From contig JACPRW010000003.1 in the NCBI GenBank assembly GCA_016193585.1, forward strand, positions 129,649 through 193,648: a stretch of DNA of 64,000 nt, given 5' to 3'. This document shows, piece after piece, positions 47,056 to 57,069 of the stretch. The translations under genes and the position numbers were made by a program. The notes under the pieces were generated by a model. It worked only from the letters and a program-made list of their open reading frames with translations. It was not told the origin of the DNA and did not search any database. Numbering within the stretch: the stretch's first letter is position 1; every line of letters starts with the position of its first letter. This DNA comes from Candidatus Aenigmatarchaeota archaeon (GTDB lineage Archaea; Aenigmatarchaeota; Aenigmatarchaeia; GW2011-AR5).

Positions 47056-47337
47056 CTAGAGCTTGAGAATTCCCTTCCTGCGCAACCAGCTGGACTCTGT
47101 CGGTGTATACCGCCATTTGACATTGCCGTTTTCATTCCCTTGTATCTCCCATGGCTCTATGAGAACAGCGTCGTTTTCCCGTATCCACACGCGTTTCCGC
47201 ATCTTCCCGGGTATCCTGCACATTCTCAGCTTGCCGTCCTGGCACATGACCCGGATTTTGTTGGCGCCGAGCAGCGATTCGACTACACCGAGGACTTCCT
47301 TCCCCCGAGGCGACCGTATGCGAATTTCTTCTTCCAT
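47056..47337 (-). CDS. eif1a: Translation initiation factor 1A (aIF-1A).
   Basis: S1-like OB-fold sequence (GKEVLGVVESLLGANKIRVMCQDGKLRMCRIPGKMRKRVWIREND). Confidence 0.85.
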   Translation of the reverse strand: MEEEIRIRSPRGKEVLGVVESLLGANKIRVMCQDGKLRMCRIPGKMRKRVWIRENDAVLIEPWEIQGNENGNVKWRYTPTESSWLRRKGILKL

Positions 47338-47425
47338 AATCAGAACACATTCATGCTGCATTTATGTAGTCGGTTCCGGTACTTTCGTTATTACCAGAAC
47401 CCGGTATGGTACTGTTCTGCCGGTG

Positions 47426-48049
47426 TCAGCGCACCGAATAAAAATTCCTTATGAGACTTTTTCCCTTTTTTTCCCCCACGAGCTTGAATGACCTTTTTAT
47501 CGTATATTGTTTTAAGCCTTTAATCGCCCTCTCAGCTTCATTCTTTGCGACGAATTTGACGTTGTAACCCCCCTGTATCCGCTCTATCCTGGCACCTTTT
47601 GGCAGGCTGCCTTCGAGCTTGTGCAGCATTTTTTCAGGTTCGTTGCCCCTCAGCTGGATGACAGCCTCGTAGTAGCCCCCTGCGATTCTGATGCAGCGCT
47701 CGCATGTCCTCTTCTTCAGACGGACCTTTATTGCGTGCGTTTCCGTCTTGCGGAGGCCGCTGAGAAATCCTGTGCCGGTGACCGTGACAAAAAGCGTAGT
47801 GCCCTGTCTCTTGGTTATTGAGAACCGGATGGCAACGTTATTCCCTTCCTTGAGGTGCTTCTCAATGGCGGTGCGGAGGACATCATCGATGTCCGTTCGT
47901 TTGGCAGCCGCGCCTTCATGGTAGGCTCCGCAGTCACCGCAGGCATAGATGATGAAATCCTCCAGGCTGAAAAGCGGATGATGTTTCAGGAAACAGGCAT
48001 CACAGAACGTCCCTTTCGTCGCAGTCCGTCCGCATACAATGCAGAACAT
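47426..48049 (-). CDS. Nmd3-family protein (ribosomal large-subunit export/maturation factor homolog).
   Basis: N-terminal CxxCG...C..C zinc-binding cluster and a downstream conserved region. Confidence 0.75.
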   Translation of the reverse strand: MFCIVCGRTATKGTFCDACFLKHHPLFSLEDFIIYACGDCGAYHEGAAAKRTDIDDVLRTAIEKHLKEGNNVAIRFSITKRQGTTLFVTVTGTGFLSGLRKTETHAIKVRLKKRTCERCIRIAGGYYEAVIQLRGNEPEKMLHKLEGSLPKGARIERIQGGYNVKFVAKNEAERAIKGLKQYTIKRSFKLVGEKKGKSLIRNFYSVR

Positions 48050-48072
48050 GTACTTACTGCGTACGGAATGCA

Positions 48073-48169
48073 TAAAAGCGTGTTATAGCAGATTGTAATA
48101 ATAATGGAACTTTTAGCTGCAATCTGCTATAGGGAAAGAACATCATAAAATGTTCCAAAATCAATGTTC
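48073..48169 (+). repeat. R2 family repeat, copy 3.
   Basis: Near-identical to copy 1. Confidence 0.7.
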
Positions 48170-48189
48170 TTTACTATTATAGTCATTAC

Positions 48190-48234
48190 GTGAAACAAGA
48201 TGTGCCATCGGTATCATTTTCTTGTTTCACTATA
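48190..48234 (+). repeat. Partial R4-type hairpin element (gtgaaacaag...cttgtttcac + tata), abutting R2 copy 3.
   Basis: Same hairpin module as the nested insert in R1 copy 6. Confidence 0.5.
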
Positions 48235-48235
48235 C

Positions 48236-49321
48236 TCAGTAGAATATTCTCCACACCATGACGCGCGTCGCGAATGTTTCATACCCGTCGAGAACCCCGA
48301 TATGGTGATAGGATACGGAGCGCTGAACTTTTGGAACAGTCTTAAAGGGCGGGTCGAGAAGGAACTGCTCCCCAGAAGCCCACATGATAGACGCTGTGGT
48401 AAGATTGCTGAGAACTTCAGCAGCATTTTCTTCATCCTCATCAGGCGTATAGTGCGCCATCCAGGCGGTCCTGCCCTTGCCTGAAACGGTGATGTTGAGC
48501 TTGAGGTACGAGAACCTGCCGTTGGACGACTCGATGGCGGTCGTTTCGTCGACTGTTATGCAGTTGGCACCGTCGCCGTTGGATTGCGTATTGAATTTCT
48601 TGAAGACAGTATTTGCGTCGAGCCCGGAAATGTTCGCGAAATAATTTCTCACCTTGAACGCGTAAGACGATGGATTTTCCTGCGACTCGGGGAATCGCCC
48701 GTTGCCGTTATTGCCGCCGCAGCCTTGCGGCCTCCAGCTCAGCCCGAACAACGGCCCTATGAAACCGTCTTTCACTTCATTCTCTTTCAGGTCAGCGAGC
48801 ATGAACAGCGTCTTGCCGTTCGCAAGGAAGTTGGACAGGTAGCTCCTGTTGGCCGCGTCAAACTGCCTGTAGCCGAAAAATACGACCACGTCAATGGGCG
48901 CGTAGGCGAGGTTGTCAAGCGAGTCATTGGTCACAACAAGCATAATATTTCTTTTTTTGTAGCCGAATGCTGTGCTGTACAGCATATCCTTTAGTTTCTG
49001 CGTTTCTTCTGTTGTGCAATTGCACCCGATGCGTATCACCGGATTCGGGATACCGCGAACTTCCACTGAAAAATCCACCGTTTCAGGGAGCATCCTTTTG
49101 AGCCTCGTGTGCAGCAGTGTTGCATTATTCAGAAGAATCGCCTGCTGTACTGTCCCGTTTATGTACAGCGATGCCATCGCATCGTTGACCTGAGTCTGGG
49201 TCAATACATCGCCCCAGAACGAGTACCTTTCGATGATAAAAAAATAGGAAAGCGATGTCAGCAGTATAAGCGACGCTATAATTGCCTCAAGAATCCTCAC
49301 GAATCCCTTCCGTTGTTTCAT
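48236..49321 (-). CDS. Pilin-like protein with a class III (type IV prepilin-like) signal peptide (KG|FVRILEAIIASLIL).
   Basis: N-terminal K-G cleavage motif followed by a hydrophobic helix with Glu at +6. Sits in a pilus gene cluster. Confidence 0.6.
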   Translation of the reverse strand: MKQRKGFVRILEAIIASLILLTSLSYFFIIERYSFWGDVLTQTQVNDAMASLYINGTVQQAILLNNATLLHTRLKRMLPETVDFSVEVRGIPNPVIRIGCNCTTEETQKLKDMLYSTAFGYKKRNIMLVVTNDSLDNLAYAPIDVVVFFGYRQFDAANRSYLSNFLANGKTLFMLADLKENEVKDGFIGPLFGLSWRPQGCGGNNGNGRFPESQENPSSYAFKVRNYFANISGLDANTVFKKFNTQSNGDGANCITVDETTAIESSNGRFSYLKLNITVSGKGRTAWMAHYTPDEDEENAAEVLSNLTTASIMWASGEQFLLDPPFKTVPKVQRSVSYHHIGVLDGYETFATRVMVWRIFY

Positions 49322-49821
49322 GCAATCAGCGTGACGTTTATTTCAAGCACCGTGAAGCCCCCGGCTTCTTGGAGCGTGGCGAAGCGGTGGGTGACGAATT
49401 CGGGACGGGATTTACTCTGTTCAAACGGAGGACAGGTCAGGACGGCGCTGTTTTCCCCCGAATCGGTTATGTAAATCGAGACGTCCTCCGACAGACCGAG
49501 GATGCTTTTAAATGCCGCATAGTCCCCGTTGCATATCGCCTGCAGAGAGGTTATTTTGTCGATGTCAAGGATATAGTGCTGCCCCGAAGAAAGGCCGATG
49601 CGCCGCACCTCGCCTAGTGGTTTCGTTTCCCAGTTTTTCGGCTCGCCCTCATCAAAGATGAGCAGTTCCGCTAACTGGTAGCTTTTTGACTTTATGTCAT
49701 CGGTAAGTGCGCGCTCCTCGAGTGAAGGGAACTGGCGCCCGATAGTGATGACGGTGAACGATATGGTAACAAGGAAAACAAGGACAGAGATGACAAATTC
49801 TATGTCGACTACGCCCTTCAT
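49318..49821 (-). CDS. Pilin-like protein with a class III signal peptide (KG|VVDIEFVISVLVFL).
   Basis: As above. Confidence 0.6.
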   Translation of the reverse strand: MKGVVDIEFVISVLVFLVTISFTVITIGRQFPSLEERALTDDIKSKSYQLAELLIFDEGEPKNWETKPLGEVRRIGLSSGQHYILDIDKITSLQAICNGDYAAFKSILGLSEDVSIYITDSGENSAVLTCPPFEQSKSRPEFVTHRFATLQEAGGFTVLEINVTLIA

Positions 49822-49832
49822 TGGAAAGCCCT

Positions 49833-50771
49833 CTATACGATGCCAGTCCGGACAGTTATCAGGAATATCGACACGCCGGTGATGAGAAGTATAGCGCTAT
49901 GCTTCACGCCCGCAGCAATCGAATCCGATCCTATCTGGCCCGCGATGAGGCCGGTAAAGAATCCCTGTACGATAATCATGATGAAGAAAAGCGACTTATA
50001 GTAAGCAGACGGGTCAGTTTTCTCCCCGAAGTCCATGAGCGCAGAAACAGAGAAGAAAGTATTGCAGCCGACGCACGCGCCACTTGCGCTGCTTATGCAT
50101 TCAAAGCAGGGGTTTGAATTGGTCCCTTTGACAAGTCCTATGCCGCTTTCAGACTGCGTCTGGACGAGGGGAATCAGGAATTTGATGAGTGCTATGGTGA
50201 TGCCAAGGAAGATGAAGAAAATGGCGTACATCATGAGCACCTGCTGATTCATGAGCGTGTTTTTTTCCTCCTGAACGTCGCGCAGCATTTCTATGTTGCC
50301 CGCGAGCGACTCCATGGTATCCTCGATATTGCCCCCCGACTTGTTCGATTCAAGTATGACCATCACGGACCGGGAAATTATCCTGCTATTTTTCATCCGT
50401 ACGATAAAGTTGTTGAGGACTTTTTCAAGAGGAACGTTCCAGCTCAGCTGGTTGTCCATTTTTTTTACCTCATGCGTCAGCGAGCCGTAATCCGAGCGCG
50501 CGGCAAGCTGTATGCTCTGGAGGATGCTGAGGCCCGCGCGCTGGGATTCCGCCAGGTCGCGGAGGAAATTGGGGAATTCGCTTTCGAACGCACGCACGCG
50601 TTTGAACTCGAAAAACTTATAGATGCTGTATGGCGCGGTGAGGATGATTATTGCTATGAAAATGAGGTTGGTCGAAAGCGCGAACGATCCGGAGAACGTC
50701 ACGGCAATGCCGATAAGCAGCATGCTTACTACAAAAGAGCCGATAAGAATATTCCGCTCGTTCAGCTCCAT
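49833..50771 (-). CDS. TadC/FlaJ-like polytopic membrane protein (type IV pilus / archaellum platform).
   Basis: GspF/TadC-type domain with paired TM helices. Adjacent to a paralog and the ATPase. Confidence 0.75.
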   Translation of the reverse strand: MELNERNILIGSFVVSMLLIGIAVTFSGSFALSTNLIFIAIIILTAPYSIYKFFEFKRVRAFESEFPNFLRDLAESQRAGLSILQSIQLAARSDYGSLTHEVKKMDNQLSWNVPLEKVLNNFIVRMKNSRIISRSVMVILESNKSGGNIEDTMESLAGNIEMLRDVQEEKNTLMNQQVLMMYAIFFIFLGITIALIKFLIPLVQTQSESGIGLVKGTNSNPCFECISSASGACVGCNTFFSVSALMDFGEKTDPSAYYKSLFFIMIIVQGFFTGLIAGQIGSDSIAAGVKHSAILLITGVSIFLITVRTGIV

Positions 50772-50848
50772 GTTACTTTATTATGCTCCTGCCTATTTTA
50801 GCTTTGTCAGGCAAAGCGCCCCAATCGGCCCAAATCAGCGGGCAGTAG

Positions 50849-51709
50849 CTACTCGAGAGGAGAGATGGATTTGATGATGAGGATAAAGCCTATGGAAAGC
50901 AGCGGAAGGAGGATGAAAACGACGAAGCTCTGGACAAATATCGTTCCGAGCCCCCCCGAAATCGCCGAAATGATGGACGAAAGGACTATGAAAAATATGG
51001 ACCCGGTGATTATGAGTGTCAGGTAAATTTCGACAAAAAGCGAAAGGTCCTGTGAGTACTTCCGTATCCTTCTTCGGTAGTCGTTCATGAGTTCGTCGCC
51101 CTTGTTCTTCAGGTAGATGGTGAGGTCCCCGCCTGAGGAAATGACGGTATTTATTCCCCACAACAGCTCCCTGAATTCAGTCGACGGGGTGCGCTTGGAT
51201 TGCTTCTTGACTGCCTCGGAAAACGTCATGCCGAAGACCTCGACGTCCCTCGCAATGTTCCCCGCTTCCTTGGCGAGTTCGCCGTACTCCTCGAACTGCG
51301 CCAGCGTCTTGAAAAGCACTATCGGCGGGACTTTTGCGCTCGAGATGGTCGAGAGGTACGAAACTGAAAAGGGCAGCATCTTCTTGATTTTGCTTTCCCT
51401 CGTCTTTGCCTTGGTGGCGGGATAAGAATAGAAGAGGAAAAAAATGAGGCCCGATAGTGCCAGAGAAAGCGTCAGCCCAAGGACGATGGCTATGACAGGC
51501 GGCGCCAACAAGCCGAAAATAAACGAAAGTCCTATCGTCTCGAGGAAGAATGTCCAGGCGGTCGTGAAAACGGCAGTGGCCAGCCATTCTTCAAGCGTAT
51601 AATTGAGGTTGGCACGATGAAGATCGTCGCGTATGTCAAGAAAATACGGTTTGATGAGTTTCACGATGTCCTCGAAAAGCCTGTACGACAGATTGACGTA
51701 ACTTATCAT
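50849..51709 (-). CDS. TadB/FlaJ-like polytopic membrane protein (second platform gene).
   Basis: Paralogous to 49833-50771. Overlaps the ATPase gene by 4 nt. Confidence 0.75.
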   Translation of the reverse strand: MISYVNLSYRLFEDIVKLIKPYFLDIRDDLHRANLNYTLEEWLATAVFTTAWTFFLETIGLSFIFGLLAPPVIAIVLGLTLSLALSGLIFFLFYSYPATKAKTRESKIKKMLPFSVSYLSTISSAKVPPIVLFKTLAQFEEYGELAKEAGNIARDVEVFGMTFSEAVKKQSKRTPSTEFRELLWGINTVISSGGDLTIYLKNKGDELMNDYRRRIRKYSQDLSLFVEIYLTLIITGSIFFIVLSSIISAISGGLGTIFVQSFVVFILLPLLSIGFILIIKSISPLE

Positions 51710-53517
51710 ATGGCTTCGATCCTTCCAAGCAGGTAATCAGGGGAGGTGTAGAAGAGATTTATCACAGATGCAATCTTCCGGTAATCGGTGATGTTGTTGA
51801 GAACCGTCCATTCAAGCACCTTTGCGCGCTTTTTGAGCTCCTCCTGGACGGCATAGTCGTCAAGCCCGCTCGCCTCGGCTATCTTCCTCAAAAGCACGCT
51901 TTTGTTCGTGTTCTTGTACACGTCCATCTTCGGGTCCCAAGAAAAGACCTCGTCGACGATAGGCGCGTTGAGCTTGTCGTTAAAGCCTATGACCTCGACC
52001 GAGCTGTTCACGCGTCGCAGGTATTTTTTCCCCTGTTTTATCCTCTTCAGGAATATAATCACGTCGAGGTTCTGCATCAGGTTTGGCGGCAGGCTTATGG
52101 GAGGCGACGTGAGCCTGTCGACGAGTTTCGGGAAATTTTCGGCGTGGATGGTGGAGAGGCCGGGATGGCCGACGGCCATCTGCTGGAAAAGCACATACGC
52201 TTCCTTACCACGAACCTCGCCGACGATGATGTAGTCAGGCCGCTGCCTGAGCGATTCCCTCAGAAGCTCGAACATGTCAACCTTGCCCTCCTCTGCTATC
52301 GGGGTCCGTGCCACCTCCGGCACCCAGTGCGAGTGCGGGAGCCTTAGTTCTGCGGTATCCTCTATCGAAATGATTTTCATCTGCGGCTTGATGAAGAGGG
52401 ACAGCACATTGAGTAATGACGTCTTCCCCGTTGCTGTGCCGCCGGAGATGAGGAACGAGGAGCCGTGCTCAATGAGCATCCAGTAATACGCCATCATGCG
52501 GATGTCGCAGGTCCCGAACTTGACGATGTCAAGGGGAGTCAGCGGCTTGTCGGTGAACATCCTGATGGTGTAATTGGACCCGCGCCGCGCTATGTCACTC
52601 CCAAGCGTTGCCTGGACACGCGAGCCGTCGGGGAGAGTGCCGTCAAGGAGCGGCTTTGAGATGGATATTGTCCTGCCGCACCGCTCGGCAATCTTATTCA
52701 CGAAAGAATCGAGCTCGTCGCCGTTGGTGAAGACGACGTTCGTCCGCAGCGACCCGAGGCGCGGATCACGGTGGTACACGTAAATGTTTATGTTCACGCC
52801 GTCACACGAAATATCCTCGATGCGATTGTCGTTCAGTATAGGCTCTATCTTTTCGAGGCCGACGAAATCCCTGAATATGTAGTACCGAAGGATTTCCCGT
52901 TTCTCGTCGTCGAAACGTGAGTGGAAATAATCAAGTGCCTTCTCAAAAACGGCGGCGATGTAGTTTATTGCGTCCCTCTTTCGTACATGGGAAAAATTTA
53001 TGTCGACTTTTTCCTGGATGTACTCCTTTATCTCATGGACGAGCATCTTCATGCGCGCGTCAAGCGGCGGCTCGACAACATCGTATACAACCTGGTTCGT
53101 GGACTGGTCGTAGTGGATATACGCGTACGCAAAAATTCGCTCCCCCTCCTTCGGATTTTGCGGTATAAGCGGATAGGTAATGCTTATGTTCCTCAGCTCA
53201 AGCAGCTCCTTCGTCACCGCCTCAAGGTCCTTTGTTTTGAGCCTCTCCACTTCGGTTTCTATCGGCGGCACCTTGATGCCAGTTGCGATTTTAATTTGAG
53301 TCTCCTCATGGCCACTGCTCTCCTTCTGTGCGCCGCCGGAAAATCCTGTTCCTTGGGCAATGACATTGCCGCCGATGGGCATCGAGGCCGCTATATAGCC
53401 TGTTGTTATGCCGTCTGCCTTCGGCTTCGGATTGAATTTGAACCGTATCTTCTTTGTTCCGGTGTTCGTAGCCAGGCGTACGATGAGGTATTTTTCCTTT
53501 GCCTGTAGCTCTGCCAT
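51706..53517 (-). CDS. FlaI/TadA/VirB11-family secretion ATPase, with an about 130-aa N-terminal extension.
   Basis: Walker A GGTATGKTS, Asp and His boxes typical of type II/IV secretion ATPases. Confidence 0.9.
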   Translation of the reverse strand: MAELQAKEKYLIVRLATNTGTKKIRFKFNPKPKADGITTGYIAASMPIGGNVIAQGTGFSGGAQKESSGHEETQIKIATGIKVPPIETEVERLKTKDLEAVTKELLELRNISITYPLIPQNPKEGERIFAYAYIHYDQSTNQVVYDVVEPPLDARMKMLVHEIKEYIQEKVDINFSHVRKRDAINYIAAVFEKALDYFHSRFDDEKREILRYYIFRDFVGLEKIEPILNDNRIEDISCDGVNINIYVYHRDPRLGSLRTNVVFTNGDELDSFVNKIAERCGRTISISKPLLDGTLPDGSRVQATLGSDIARRGSNYTIRMFTDKPLTPLDIVKFGTCDIRMMAYYWMLIEHGSSFLISGGTATGKTSLLNVLSLFIKPQMKIISIEDTAELRLPHSHWVPEVARTPIAEEGKVDMFELLRESLRQRPDYIIVGEVRGKEAYVLFQQMAVGHPGLSTIHAENFPKLVDRLTSPPISLPPNLMQNLDVIIFLKRIKQGKKYLRRVNSSVEVIGFNDKLNAPIVDEVFSWDPKMDVYKNTNKSVLLRKIAEASGLDDYAVQEELKKRAKVLEWTVLNNITDYRKIASVINLFYTSPDYLLGRIEAI

Positions 53518-53519
53518 TG

Positions 53520-53966
53520 CTATCCCCTGAGCAGGTCTATTGTGCCGCCAGCAGACCTGACCTGAACGTATCGTGTTGCGCTGTGCACGCTGCCTCTTAA
53601 ATTATAACTTTCCTCCAGTTTAAAAATTTCCCTTGTGAAACTCACCGATGCCGTGCTTATGTTGAGTAAGCAGCGTTCCCCACGTTCGCACACTCTCCCG
53701 TTGGCATCGTGGATGCGCATGAGGTACGGCTGTTCCGAAACCGTCTCCGGCACCGAAAAGCTCACGGTCATGTTGGTTGCATTCGTCTTTCCTACGATGA
53801 CGATTGCAGAAGCGATGGCATCGGAAACCAATGAAAGCTGGCTTCTCGTCGCCTTTTCCTTAAGCGTATTCTCCAGCAGAGCAAAGTTGAGAATGACAAA
53901 ACTGGTTATGGCAAGGCCGATGGCGAATATGAGGATCTCATTTACAATAATATACTGGCCCTTCAT
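53520..53966 (-). CDS. Pilin-like protein with a class III signal peptide (KG|QYIIVNEILIFAIGL).
   Basis: As above. Confidence 0.6.
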   Translation of the reverse strand: MKGQYIIVNEILIFAIGLAITSFVILNFALLENTLKEKATRSQLSLVSDAIASAIVIVGKTNATNMTVSFSVPETVSEQPYLMRIHDANGRVCERGERCLLNISTASVSFTREIFKLEESYNLRGSVHSATRYVQVRSAGGTIDLLRG

Positions 53967-54003
53967 ATGTACATTATAATGCTGCCACTATATATACAGT
54001 GGC

Positions 54004-54594
54004 TTATTCTATCCCAATCCTGACAAAAGTCCGCGTGACATCGCGCCCGCTTGCGGTTGTCGTTGCAGACCCGGCGCTCTCGATGATGATGCTGCGCTGT
54101 TCGGAGCCCGTTGCATTTCCGCCGATAAGCTCGATGCGGTATGACAGGATGCCAGGCGTGTCGAGCGTTATGAACGTGAGCCGGTAGTCATGCTCCATGA
54201 CGGTATCCACCTGCTTCGTTTCGACGCAGAGGCTCGAAGGCTCGTCAGTTCCCCATATCCCCCGCGTCATGGTGCAGCTGTTCCTGCTGAGCGAGATAAG
54301 GCCAGGCACGTAGATGCTTCCCTTGGTATTTATAGCCAGCCTCACGCTGTTGCTGCGGTTGTCGAATATCACGGTACCCGGAACAGATATCTGCAGCCTG
54401 TCCCTACCCCCATGATTGGCGATATATTTTATCTTGTCGTTGAGTTCATGGGCAAACCGCTCTGAATTTTCAAGCGTGGCGATGTCACGGTTTTTTTCGA
54501 TGAGTGGCAGTCCCCAGAAGTATACCGAGCCCACGACGCCAAGCATGACGCCGGTAATAAGCACGGCAGAAAATGCCTGAATGCCTTTTCGCAT
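54004..54594 (-). CDS. Pilin-like protein with a class III signal peptide (RKG|IQAFSAVLITGVML). Start placed at M34.
   Basis: As above. Confidence 0.55.
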   Translation of the reverse strand: MRKGIQAFSAVLITGVMLGVVGSVYFWGLPLIEKNRDIATLENSERFAHELNDKIKYIANHGGRDRLQISVPGTVIFDNRSNSVRLAINTKGSIYVPGLISLSRNSCTMTRGIWGTDEPSSLCVETKQVDTVMEHDYRLTFITLDTPGILSYRIELIGGNATGSEQRSIIIESAGSATTTASGRDVTRTFVRIGIE

Positions 54595-54619
54595 AATATC
54601 ATATCTGTTTTGCGATATA

Positions 54620-54713
54620 TATAGTGAATTGCGTTGCTTATGACCTATGAAAACGCAATTCGCTGGATGAGAAATGCGCAGCTCCAAGGGCATATGCTGC
54701 GCATTTCTCCATA
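54620..54713 (+). repeat. R3 family repeat, copy 3 (stems conserved, loops diverged).
   Basis: Compensatory pattern relative to copies 1 and 2. Confidence 0.7.
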
Positions 54714-54843
54714 TTGCTATCGTGTTGTCCTGTGCAGCTCGTTTCTTTCGCGGGAAAAAAGCCCCGTACCAATGAAACTTTATATAGTGCCACCGCCAAA
54801 TAACTTTAGTATTTCAGGACATCTCGAGAAATGAGGGATATTT

Positions 54844-55233
54844 ATGGAAGAAGAGTACGAAATTATTCCGGTTTCGCCCATCAGAAGGATAGAGCGCCGT
54901 CTCGAGCGCCTCGAGCGCATAGGGACGGGGTCGGAATCGAACAAGGAGCTCATAGAAATCGTCAAGGCAAACCAGCACGTCATCGACGACATGGTCCGCA
55001 TCAATTCGGAAATGATGTCGAGGATGTCAAGCTTGCTCGAATCCGTCCATACTATGACCGGCAAGGTGAATGAGTTCATGTCACGGATCGAAGTCGCCGG
55101 CGAGAAACCGTCGGAAAACAGCGAAGAGTCGAAGGACCTCGAGCGCAAGATGGACGAGCGCCTCGTCAAGCTGGAGAAGCGCGTCAATGCGATGCTCCTT
55201 ACCGCGATCGCAAAGAGAAAGGCAGGACAGTAG
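54844..55233 (+). CDS. Hypothetical coiled-coil protein.
   Basis: ORF only. Confidence 0.45.
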   Translation: MEEEYEIIPVSPIRRIERRLERLERIGTGSESNKELIEIVKANQHVIDDMVRINSEMMSRMSSLLESVHTMTGKVNEFMSRIEVAGEKPSENSEESKDLERKMDERLVKLEKRVNAMLLTAIAKRKAGQ

Positions 55234-55335
55234 ACTGTGTTTTGTTCTCCGATAATTTGGCGATGCAGCCAAAGCTGCCTGAAAGTAGGAAAAACGGAAA
55301 GCCGAAACAAAAAGTAAAAATAGGGCAGTTGGGCG

Positions 55336-57024
55336 TTACTCCATGTCGCCCATGTCGCCCATGTCGCCGCCGGGCATCTTCGGCATCCCGCCGCCAGGCC
55401 CGCCCCCTGATTTCGCGGTGATAACATCGTCTATCCGCAGGATGAGCTCTGCAGCTTCGCCCGCCGACTTGATAGCCTGGGTCTTGATGCGAAGCGGCTC
55501 CACGACGCCAAGTCTCTTCATGTCGGCAACCGAGCCGTTGATGACATCAACTCCGTAGCTCTTGTTGTCTTTTTCATGCTGCGTCCGCAGGTTAACAAGG
55601 ATGTCTATCGGGTCCTTCCCGGTGGATTCTGCGAGCGTTCGCGGGATGATCTCGACAGCCTCGGCGAATGCATTGATGGCCAGTTGCTCGCGGCCGCCGA
55701 CGGTCTCTGCGTATTCCCGCAGCCTGCGTGCAAGCTCTATCTCGACCGCGCCGCCTCCGGGGACTATCTTGCCGTCCTCGATGGCAGCTGCAAGTCCCAG
55801 CACAGCGTCGTCCATTGCGCGTTTCGCCTCGTCGACGACGTGTTCCGTGCCACCACGGATGAGTATGGAGACAGCCTTTGGGTCTTTGCAGTCCCGCACA
55901 AAAATCATCTCTTCGCCGGCGATTTTCTGCTCCTCGACAAGACCAGCCCTGCCAAGATCTTCGCTGCGCAGCTCGTCAACATTGGACACGACGTTGGCGC
56001 CGGTCGCTTTCGCAAGAACCTCCATGTCGCTCTTCTTGACGCGGCGCGCAGCAAGGATTTTCTCCTTTGCGAGGTAATGCTGCGCAAGGTCGTCGATGCC
56101 TTTCTGGCAGAAGACGACGTTGCAGCCGGACGCAACGGCTTTGCGGACCATCTCCTTGAGCATCTTGCTCTCCTGGTCGAGGAATGCCTGCAGCTGGTCA
56201 GGAGAGGTTATCCTTATCTCCGCATTGTTTTCTGTTTCCTTCACTTCCAGCGCGCAGTCGAGCAGCGCGATTTTAGCTTCTTTCACGCGCTTCGGCATGT
56301 TGGCGTGGACGACCTCTTTGTCGATGACGATGCCCTTGATGAGCTCAGAGTCGTCCATGCTGCCGCCCTGCTTCTTTTCTATCTTGATGTCGTCCCTGTT
56401 GATGGCAGGTCGGCCGTTCCCTCCCTCGGCGACCATCTTGACCGCAGCGACCGCGATGGCAGCAAGGTTGTCTCTCGCGGTTTCGCCGCTCTTGCCGGTC
56501 ATAGCCGTCATTGCTATCTTCTTGAGCGTGTCTTCATCGGTAATTGAGATATCTTCCGAAAGGCCGCCGAGCACTTCGAGGGACTTTTTCCTTGCGTCGC
56601 GGTAGCCGCGCAGTATGACCGAGGGATGAATGTCCTGCTCGATGAGCGACTCGGCTTTCTTGAGCAGCTCGCCCGCGAGGACGACTGCCGTCGTTGTGCC
56701 GTCGCCGACCTCGTCTTCCTGCGTCTTGGCAACTTCGACGAGCATTTTCGCTGCAGGGTGCTCGATTTCCATTTCCCGAAGAATGGTGGCGCCGTCGTTG
56801 GTGATCGTCACGTCGCCGATGGTATCGACAAGCATCTTGTCCATGCCCTTCGGGCCGAGCGTTGTTCTGATGCTTTCGGCAACCGCTTTCGCGGCAGCGA
56901 TGTTGCGCGATTGCGCGTCTTTCCCTGACGAGCGCAATGTCCCTTCAGGAAGAATGAATATTGGCTGTCCGCCCATCTGTGCAAATCCTACCATGTTCTT
57001 CACCCCTTTTTTGAAACTGTGCAT
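55336..57024 (-). CDS. ths: Thermosome subunit (group II chaperonin).
   Basis: GDGTTT ATP-binding motif and full-length group II chaperonin similarity. Confidence 0.95.
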   Translation of the reverse strand: MHSFKKGVKNMVGFAQMGGQPIFILPEGTLRSSGKDAQSRNIAAAKAVAESIRTTLGPKGMDKMLVDTIGDVTITNDGATILREMEIEHPAAKMLVEVAKTQEDEVGDGTTTAVVLAGELLKKAESLIEQDIHPSVILRGYRDARKKSLEVLGGLSEDISITDEDTLKKIAMTAMTGKSGETARDNLAAIAVAAVKMVAEGGNGRPAINRDDIKIEKKQGGSMDDSELIKGIVIDKEVVHANMPKRVKEAKIALLDCALEVKETENNAEIRITSPDQLQAFLDQESKMLKEMVRKAVASGCNVVFCQKGIDDLAQHYLAKEKILAARRVKKSDMEVLAKATGANVVSNVDELRSEDLGRAGLVEEQKIAGEEMIFVRDCKDPKAVSILIRGGTEHVVDEAKRAMDDAVLGLAAAIEDGKIVPGGGAVEIELARRLREYAETVGGREQLAINAFAEAVEIIPRTLAESTGKDPIDILVNLRTQHEKDNKSYGVDVINGSVADMKRLGVVEPLRIKTQAIKSAGEAAELILRIDDVITAKSGGGPGGGMPKMPGGDMGDMGDME

Positions 57025-57069
57025 GAAAGTATACTTCTAGAAGTACCGCGGAAAAGTATAAAAAGGCAA

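Noticed and set aside
55576-56547. 323-aa ORF on the + strand (and 55562-56077, 56096-56605)
   Set aside because: Antisense to the thermosome gene.
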